Below are positions 1 to 4,543 of a stretch of 6,050 nt of DNA, piece after piece. This DNA comes from a virus: positions 1-6,050 of the IMG/VR virus record IMGVR_UViG_3300029133_000082; one strand, given 5' to 3'. The notes under the pieces were generated by a model that saw only the letters and a program-made list of their open reading frames with translations, was not told where the DNA came from and made no database searches. Positions within the stretch are counted from its first letter, which is position 1, and each line of letters begins with the position of its first letter. The translations under genes and the position numbers were made by a program.

Positions 1-329
1 ATAGTCCTTCGTCTACCACCGGTAATATCGGATATAATTTGCGTTATTGGCAATGGAAATCTGCTGTTGATACTGTTCATGGTGCATTTCGTCCTGCTGC
101 TGCTTATCAGTCTTGGGTTGCTCCGCTCCAAGGTTCTCAGGTACAGGTTTCTGGTCAGTCTTCTCTGAGTTATCAGTCATTTAAGGTTCGTCCTCAGCAA
201 TTGAATTCTATCTTTGAGCCGCAGATTACTACTAGTAATTATAATGTGGCTTATGACCAGTTGTTGTGTAATGTTAATTTCCAAGTGTATGCTGTGCAGA
301 ATTTGGATAGGAATGGTTTACCTTATTAA
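1..329 (+). CDS. VP1: C-terminal part of major capsid protein VP1, a continuation of 4544..6050 across the circular junction; stop TAA at 327..329.
   Basis: Bases 1..99 are identical to 5952..6050. The frame starting at pos 3 (SPSSTTGNIGYNLRYWQWK...) equals the VP1 frame at the window end. The track ORF 39..329 is this frame truncated at the first in-frame TTG. Codon usage is T-rich at third positions like the other genes. Confidence 0.85.
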   Translation, partial: SPSSTTGNIGYNLRYWQWKSAVDTVHGAFRPAAAYQSWVAPLQGSQVQVSGQSSLSYQSFKVRPQQLNSIFEPQITTSNYNVAYDQLLCNVNFQVYAVQNLDRNGLPY

Positions 330-341
330 TTATGTGTTGTT

Positions 342-785
342 ATGAGAAAATTTGCTTATGTTAATCCTGATTTTGAACAGGATAGTGTGGTTCCTGAATT
401 GGTTGAAGGGAATCCCTGTTATGAGGCTAGTGCATATGATTCGGTTATGTTGGAAGAATTGTCTGACGGTTCTTATATGTATATGGATATGACTTCTATT
501 CTCCTTAATCAGGAGAAATACCGTCGTCTTCTCGGTGACATGAATGTTCAGGACATACTTGCTCAAATGCATCCTACTCAGTCTACTCCTATGGACAATA
601 TGACTGATGAGGAACGTTTTAATTGTGTCATTTCTCGTCATTGTCAGACTATGTCAGAACGTCAGGCTGTTCTTCAGCAGTTGGCTAACGAGAAGTCTGA
701 ACTTACTAAGTACGCTGAAATTATGTTGGCAGAGCAACAATCAGAGCCCGCTTCTGCGTCCGCCCCTGATGTCGCTGTTCAATGA
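342..785 (+). CDS. Hypothetical acidic 147-aa protein, possibly the internal scaffolding protein (VP3-like), encoded between VP1 and VP2.
   Basis: ATG at 342 lies 12 nt after the VP1 stop. Third-position T preference is consistent with the confirmed genes. The product is acidic and Met/Glu/Gln-rich (MRKFAYVNPDFEQDSVVPELVEGNPCYEAS...), which fits a scaffold-type protein, but no diagnostic motif was recognised. Its stop overlaps the VP2 start (ATGA at 782..785). Confidence 0.6.
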   Translation: MRKFAYVNPDFEQDSVVPELVEGNPCYEASAYDSVMLEELSDGSYMYMDMTSILLNQEKYRRLLGDMNVQDILAQMHPTQSTPMDNMTDEERFNCVISRHCQTMSERQAVLQQLANEKSELTKYAEIMLAEQQSEPASASAPDVAVQ

Positions 786-1963
786 GGTTTTATGATGTTG
801 GAGAAAGCCCCTTAATGGGGCACTCCGAAAAAAATATTGCTCCGCTTATTGTTGGAGGTCTTATTGCAGCTGGTGCTTCTCTTGCTGGCAATGCCATTGG
901 CGCTTCTTCTCAGTCTTCTGCTAATGATGCTAATGTTGAGATTAACCGTCAGAATAATCAGTTTAATGCTGACCAAGCCGCTATGCAGCGTCAGTGGTCA
1001 ACTGATATGTGGAATCGTAATAATCGTTATAATTCACCTAATGAGATGATATCTCGCGGTCTTAACCCGTTTATTGGTTCTAATGTCGGTGCTGGAGTTT
1101 CTAAGGCTCCTGCTTCTGGCGGTGCTGTTGCTTCTGCTGCTCCTTCCCCTAGTGTTCAGGCATTTCGTCCTGATTTCTCTGATGTTGGTTCTGCTCTGGC
1201 TTCCATGGCTCAGGCTCGCGCCTCTATGCTTAATGCTGAACAGAATGCTGCTCTTACTCCGTATCTTATTAATAAGACGCTTGGTGATACGAATTATCGC
1301 AATATTGGTGTTGGTCAGTCCGGTTACTGGAATGCTTCTACTGGCAAGGAATCTGCTCTTTTAGACCAGTCTAAGGAATATCAGGAACTCAAAAATATGG
1401 AGTTTGCTGGTCGCCTTACTAATGCACAAGAGGCACAGATTTTGCTTGATTCTAAGGCTCAGCAGACACTTAATAAGTATCTCGATGAACAGCAACAAGC
1501 TGATTTGTTTATTAAAGGTCAAACTTTGGCTAATTTGTTTGCGCAAGGTGCGCTTACTGAGGCTCAATACAAGCATGAGATGGCTCAGGCTATTAAGACC
1601 GCTGTTGAGACGAATGGTCTTCGTATTCAAAATAAGATTGCTGAGGAAACTTCTGATTCTCTTATATATGCGAATATTCATGCTAATCGTGCTCTTGGCC
1701 TATCTTCTTTATGGGATTTTAAGAATATGAACGCTGTTAAGAACATGGAATTTTCTGAGAAGAAAGCTGTTCGTGACTATTATAAGTGGAGTGCTAAAGA
1801 GAAACAGAAGGATGTTAATTCTTATGGCTTACGTAACGCTATTGAGTATGGTGCCCGTATTTTCCAAGGTGCCGGTAATATAGTTGGAGCTATGCGCCCT
1901 AGTGCTCAGATTTATCGTAATGATTATGGGCCACGTAATACTACTATTTATAATGGTCGGTAA
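782..1963 (+). CDS. VP2: Minor capsid / DNA pilot protein VP2 (H-like), 393 aa. An alternative in-frame start is at 815 (MGHSEK...).
   Basis: The N-terminal Gly/Ala-rich hydrophobic stretch (IAPLIVGGLIAAGASLAGNAIGASS) is followed by the conserved microvirus VP2 segment NRQNNQFNADQAAMQRQWSTDMWNRNNRYNSPNEMISRGLNPF (Q-x-x-N...A..MQ...W....Y.....M...GLNP pattern). The Ala/Gln-rich coiled-coil-like remainder is typical of pilot proteins. The ATGA overlap with the preceding ORF suggests translational coupling. Stop TAA is at 1961..1963. Confidence 0.8.
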   Translation: MRFYDVGESPLMGHSEKNIAPLIVGGLIAAGASLAGNAIGASSQSSANDANVEINRQNNQFNADQAAMQRQWSTDMWNRNNRYNSPNEMISRGLNPFIGSNVGAGVSKAPASGGAVASAAPSPSVQAFRPDFSDVGSALASMAQARASMLNAEQNAALTPYLINKTLGDTNYRNIGVGQSGYWNASTGKESALLDQSKEYQELKNMEFAGRLTNAQEAQILLDSKAQQTLNKYLDEQQQADLFIKGQTLANLFAQGALTEAQYKHEMAQAIKTAVETNGLRIQNKIAEETSDSLIYANIHANRALGLSSLWDFKNMNAVKNMEFSEKKAVRDYYKWSAKEKQKDVNSYGLRNAIEYGARIFQGAGNIVGAMRPSAQIYRNDYGPRNTTIYNGR

Positions 1964-1990
1964 TAATTAAAATAGTGCGTTTAGTTTTGG

Positions 1991-2041
1991 AATAGGGCAG
2001 AATACTTCTTAAGAGGTGTTTGCCCTATTATTCTTTTTTTC
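1991..2041 (+). terminator. Rho-independent-terminator-like hairpin directly after VP2. It has a 9-bp perfect stem (aatagggca / tgccctatt) around a 21-nt loop, followed by an 11-nt T-rich tract ending in a run of 7 T (2034..2040).
   Basis: The stem at 1991..1999 pairs exactly with 2021..2029. The T-run begins 4 nt after the stem. It sits 28 nt after the VP2 stop, at the end of the apparent genome-wide transcription unit. The loop is longer than in a canonical terminator, so it could alternatively be a structural element of the ssDNA. Confidence 0.45.
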
Positions 2042-2101
2042 CGAAAGTATCGTTTACCGTTGTGTGTTAATTAAGCGAAGCCCCTAGTTGCGTACGAAGT
2101 A

Positions 2102-2124
2102 AATTCGAGTTATCCTCTCGAATT
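2102..2124. other. Intergenic hairpin: an 8-bp stem (aattcgag / ctcgaatt) around a 7-nt loop. It is a candidate ssDNA structural/ori-associated element.
   Basis: 2102..2109 is the exact reverse complement of 2117..2124 and contains an EcoRI palindrome core. It lies in the only sizeable non-coding region of the genome. Confidence 0.4.
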
Positions 2125-2189
2125 CTTCATTTCTTGTCTATAAACGCGCAACTCACACTCTACGGTAGAACCTAAAAAAACAGTTTTCT

Positions 2190-2220
2190 TTTGTAATTAT
2201 GAAAATAGTTTGTATATTTG
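2190..2220 (+). promoter_or_regulatory. Putative Bacteroidetes-type sigma-A promoter: -33 TTTG (2190..2193), a 19-nt spacer, then -7 TATATTTG (2213..2220, matching TAnnTTTG).
   Basis: The motif match and spacing (19-21 nt expected) are read directly from the sequence. It lies in an AT-rich stretch about 50 nt upstream of the first gene (2271) after the intergenic region. There are no Shine-Dalgarno sequences before the genes, which is consistent with a Bacteroidetes host. Confidence 0.3.
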
Positions 2221-2270
2221 CCCCATGTAGAAGTTACAACTATTATTAACACTTTAAAATTATTACAATT

Positions 2271-2450
2271 ATGCAGAAATTTATTATCTCAGTTAAAGAA
2301 AAATCTACTGGTCGCGATGTTATTCCGCCTTATATCGTTAATTCTCTCGATGGTCTTGGAGACTATTCTGAACGAGTTTCTCCGTTGGGTCTTATTGTTA
2401 TTGTGGATTCAATTAAAGAAGAGGATAATTTTGTTGAACTTAAAGCTTAA
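2271..2450 (+). CDS. Hypothetical acidic 59-aa protein (MQKFIISVKEKSTGRDVIPPYIVNSLDGLGDYSERVSPLGLIVIVDSIKEEDNFVELKA), the first gene downstream of the putative promoter.
   Basis: ATG at 2271, stop TAA at 2448..2450. Third codon positions are T-rich like the bona fide genes. The overlapping track ORF 2218..2538 has a TTG start and a Leu-rich composition in this region, typical of an off-frame artefact. The ORF is not in the track because it is under 60 aa. Confidence 0.5.
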   Translation: MQKFIISVKEKSTGRDVIPPYIVNSLDGLGDYSERVSPLGLIVIVDSIKEEDNFVELKA

Positions 2451-2454
2451 ACTG

Positions 2455-2538
2455 ATGAAAAGTAGTAATATTTGGAAAATTGTGATTGGAGCTGTTTCCG
2501 CTGCTTTAGGTTATATTCTTAATGCTATTGGACTATGA
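2455..2538 (+). CDS. Candidate 27-aa micro-ORF encoding a single transmembrane helix (MKSSNIWKIVIGAVSAALGYILNAIGL). Its stop overlaps the peptidase start (ATGA).
   Basis: In-frame ATG at 2455 within the track ORF 2218..2538. It has a short polar N-terminus followed by a ~20-residue hydrophobic Gly/Ala/Ile/Leu stretch, T-rich third positions, and exactly fills the gap between ORF59 and the peptidase. Its small size keeps it speculative. Confidence 0.3.
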   Translation: MKSSNIWKIVIGAVSAALGYILNAIGL

Positions 2539-2843
2539 ATTATACTCTTATGCATTTTTTTGAATACCTGTTGTATTCTAATGTTCATTTTTCGGTAACT
2601 AGTGCTAGGCGTACTCCTGAACAGAATAAAGCTTGCGGTGGTGTTCCGAATTCTCAGCATCTTGTAGGTGAGGCTGTTGATATTAAGCCTTATGGTTCTA
2701 CTTCATTTAGTAAGTTGCTCGGAATGGTTCATTTTTTCTCTGATAATGTTTCGCCATTTGACCAGCTTATTATATATCCGAATTTCATTCATGTTTCATT
2801 CTGCTCTCGTAATCGTCGGCAGGTAATAGATAAACGTAAATAA
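2535..2843 (+). CDS. Peptidase M15-family (VanY / Peptidase_M15_3-like, zinc D-Ala-D-Ala carboxypeptidase fold) mini-enzyme of 102 aa. It is a probable peptidoglycan hydrolase for lysis.
   Basis: The diagnostic M15 signature is read directly: SARRTPEQNKACGG...SQHLVGEAVDI (S-x-x-R-x-P-x-x-N-x-x-x-GG ... S-x-H-x-x-G-x-A-x-D), with the downstream second His in FIHVS, giving the expected His / Asp / His zinc ligands. The N-terminal part of the usual domain is absent (only ~20 aa precede the SARR motif). Confidence 0.78.
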   Translation: MNYTLMHFFEYLLYSNVHFSVTSARRTPEQNKACGGVPNSQHLVGEAVDIKPYGSTSFSKLLGMVHFFSDNVSPFDQLIIYPNFIHVSFCSRNRRQVIDKRK

Positions 2844-2845
2844 TT

Positions 2846-4525
2846 ATGAATTTTTCTCCCGATTTACTTAAAACTGTTGACTATTGTCAGCATCGTTCAT
2901 TTATTACAAATAAGTATAATGGTGCACGCATTGCTGTAGATTGCGGTCAATGTGATTATTGTATCCATAAGAAAGCCCAGAAAGCGTCCATGCGCGTGAA
3001 GACCGCTGGAAGTGCTTTCAAGTATTCTTATTTTGTTACACTTACTTATGATAATGAACATGTTCCTCTTATGGCTTGTAAGGTTTTGCATAGTGATTAT
3101 GAGGACGTTGTAGGTATTTCGGGAGATATACATTTTGGCCATGAATATCATAGATATATCCCTGTTTCCGAGTATCAATGTGATGATAACTCCATGTTGC
3201 GTCATATATTCTTCGAGCAGGTACAAGGCACAGTGCCGTTTGACCGTGAGATTAAGGAATATGTTCCTGTTAAGGATAATTGGTTTCTTAGCATGGATGC
3301 TATTCGTAGTTTTATCTATAAGACGCAATCGGTTGACAAAACGGATTATCCCGCTTCTGAACAATACGGTCGTGATAACCTTATTCCCTTTTTAAACTAT
3401 GTTGATGTTCAGAATTATATTAAAAGATTACGTAAATATTTATATAAACAATTAGGTTCTTATGAAACGTTACATTTCTACGCTGTCGGCGAGTACGGCC
3501 CTGTTCATTTCCGCCCGCATTATCATATCTTATTATTCACAAACTCGGAAGAAGTCTCAAAGGTTTTACGATGCTGTCACGATAAGAGTTGGAAATTCGG
3601 TCGTTCAGATTTCCAGATTGCCCGAGGTGGAGCTTCTTCATACGTTGCGAGTTACGTTAATAGCCTTAGTTCTGCTCCCTTATTATATCGCTCATGCCGC
3701 GCGTTTAGACCCTACTCGAGAGCGTCTCTCGGATTCTTTGAGAAAGGTTGCGATTTCGTGGAAGGTGAAGACCCTTACGCGCAGATTGAGCAAAAGCTCG
3801 ATTCTGTCGTTAATGGAAGAATCTATAACTTCAACGGTATCAGTGTTCGGTCAACTCCACCCATGTCGTATATCCGTACCTTATTGCCCCGATTCTCGTC
3901 TGCTCGCCATGACGATAGTATTGCGATTGCTCGAATTCTTCGAGCTGTGCACTCAACGCCAAAAAGAATTGCAAAATATGGATTTATTGCCTATGAACAG
4001 GATTCAGTCTTGAGTCTTGTTCGTACTTATTATCAATATCTTAAGGTTAACCCTATTCTTACTGACGATGATAAAATTATATTACATTCTTCTCGGTGCC
4101 TTACTAGGTTCTGTAACAGTTCTAGTGATGTCGATATTGAGTCTTATATTAATAAGTTATATCGGCTGTTCTTATATGTCTCTAAATTCTTCCGTAATTG
4201 GCATTTGCCTGACTTCGGTTCTGACCTTACTTCTTACACCAATCGTATTTTGTTTATCCTTAGGACGGGAATAGAGTATGAAAAGAAAGCGGATTATGAA
4301 AGTTTACGAGATGCATATAAACTTCGTGCCCAATACCCTGACATCTCGGATTGTATGTTTGCGTTGCCTCAGAGCGGGCAAGAGACTGATGTCTTGTCGA
4401 GCGTTTCAAGTGAAACGGTTCAATTACTTGAGCAACTCCGGTACCGTAGTGCAACATTCTGTCGTGATATGATTAAGCATAAGAAATTGAATGATGCTAA
4501 TAATATATTCAACCGTATGGTCTAA
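2846..4525 (+). CDS. VP4: Replication initiation protein VP4 (rolling-circle Rep, phiX gpA-like), 559 aa.
   Basis: An N-terminal Cys cluster CGQCDYC (2942..2962) is followed by motif I FVTLTYDNEHVP (approx. 3032..3052). The KRLRK segment and FYAVGEYGPVHFRPHYHILLF (motif II HxH, 3518..3538) come next. Motif III is the two-Tyr segment SSYVASYVNS (3641..3658, Y-x-x-x-Y catalytic pair as in phiX gpA). The ATG is 2 nt after the peptidase stop, and the gene stops with TAA at 4523..4525. Confidence 0.9.
   Translation: MNFSPDLLKTVDYCQHRSFITNKYNGARIAVDCGQCDYCIHKKAQKASMRVKTAGSAFKYSYFVTLTYDNEHVPLMACKVLHSDYEDVVGISGDIHFGHEYHRYIPVSEYQCDDNSMLRHIFFEQVQGTVPFDREIKEYVPVKDNWFLSMDAIRSFIYKTQSVDKTDYPASEQYGRDNLIPFLNYVDVQNYIKRLRKYLYKQLGSYETLHFYAVGEYGPVHFRPHYHILLFTNSEEVSKVLRCCHDKSWKFGRSDFQIARGGASSYVASYVNSLSSAPLLYRSCRAFRPYSRASLGFFEKGCDFVEGEDPYAQIEQKLDSVVNGRIYNFNGISVRSTPPMSYIRTLLPRFSSARHDDSIAIARILRAVHSTPKRIAKYGFIAYEQDSVLSLVRTYYQYLKVNPILTDDDKIILHSSRCLTRFCNSSSDVDIESYINKLYRLFLYVSKFFRNWHLPDFGSDLTSYTNRILFILRTGIEYEKKADYESLRDAYKLRAQYPDISDCMFALPQSGQETDVLSSVSSETVQLLEQLRYRSATFCRDMIKHKKLNDANNIFNRMV
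3929..3945. other. Perfect small hairpin inside VP4 (gctcgaa-ttc-ttcgagc: 7-bp stem, 3-nt loop). It shares the 12-mer ctcgaattcttc with the intergenic hairpin at 2117..2128.
   Basis: 3929..3935 is the exact reverse complement of 3939..3945. The 12-nt identity to the intergenic hairpin is read directly from the sequence. One such 12-mer coincidence is roughly expected by chance in 6 kb, so its significance is uncertain. Confidence 0.3.
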
Positions 4526-4543
4526 TTTAAATATTAATTAATT

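Noticed and set aside
1-99. The 99-nt direct repeat at the window ends interpreted as a biological terminal repeat or att sites
   Set aside because: The capsid gene reads seamlessly through the junction and the gene set is a complete microvirus. It is therefore a circular-contig overlap, not an LTR, TIR or prophage boundary.
330-641. Minus-strand ORFs in the track (330..641, 1361..1681, 2897..3364, 4260..4457, 5012..5203)
   Set aside because: They are antisense to well-supported, T-biased plus-strand genes. Their low-complexity Ile/Leu/Lys/Asn-rich products follow from the A-rich antisense strand. Microviridae genomes are transcribed from one strand only.
607-795. 62-aa ORF overlapping the end of ORF147 and the VP2 start
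   Set aside because: It is an alternative frame of a well-supported gene, has a hydrophobic compositional-artefact product, and lacks any independent signal.
837-1730. Plus-strand off-frame Leu-rich ORFs inside VP2 (837..1049, 1074..1364, 1404..1730), and similar ones inside VP4 and VP1 (3135..3395, 4017..4274, 4278..4472, 4881..5132)
   Set aside because: A T-rich coding strand read out of frame yields Leu/Phe/Ile-rich pseudo-transmembrane products by composition alone. These ORFs show no codon bias of their own. An E-like lysis gene is not needed because an M15 peptidase is present. The 183-codon one is listed separately as low-interest.
2007-2014. tcttaaga palindrome inside the terminator loop, and the EcoRI sites at 2119 and 3933
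   Set aside because: Short 6-8-nt palindromes are expected by chance. There is no evidence of function beyond being part of the hairpins already described.
2218-2538. Track ORF of 106 aa (TTG start) spanning ORF59 and the micro-ORF
   Set aside because: Its first 79 codons are Leu-rich off-frame text overlapping the better-supported frame-0 ORF59. Only the final 27 codons, from the in-frame ATG at 2455, look coding.
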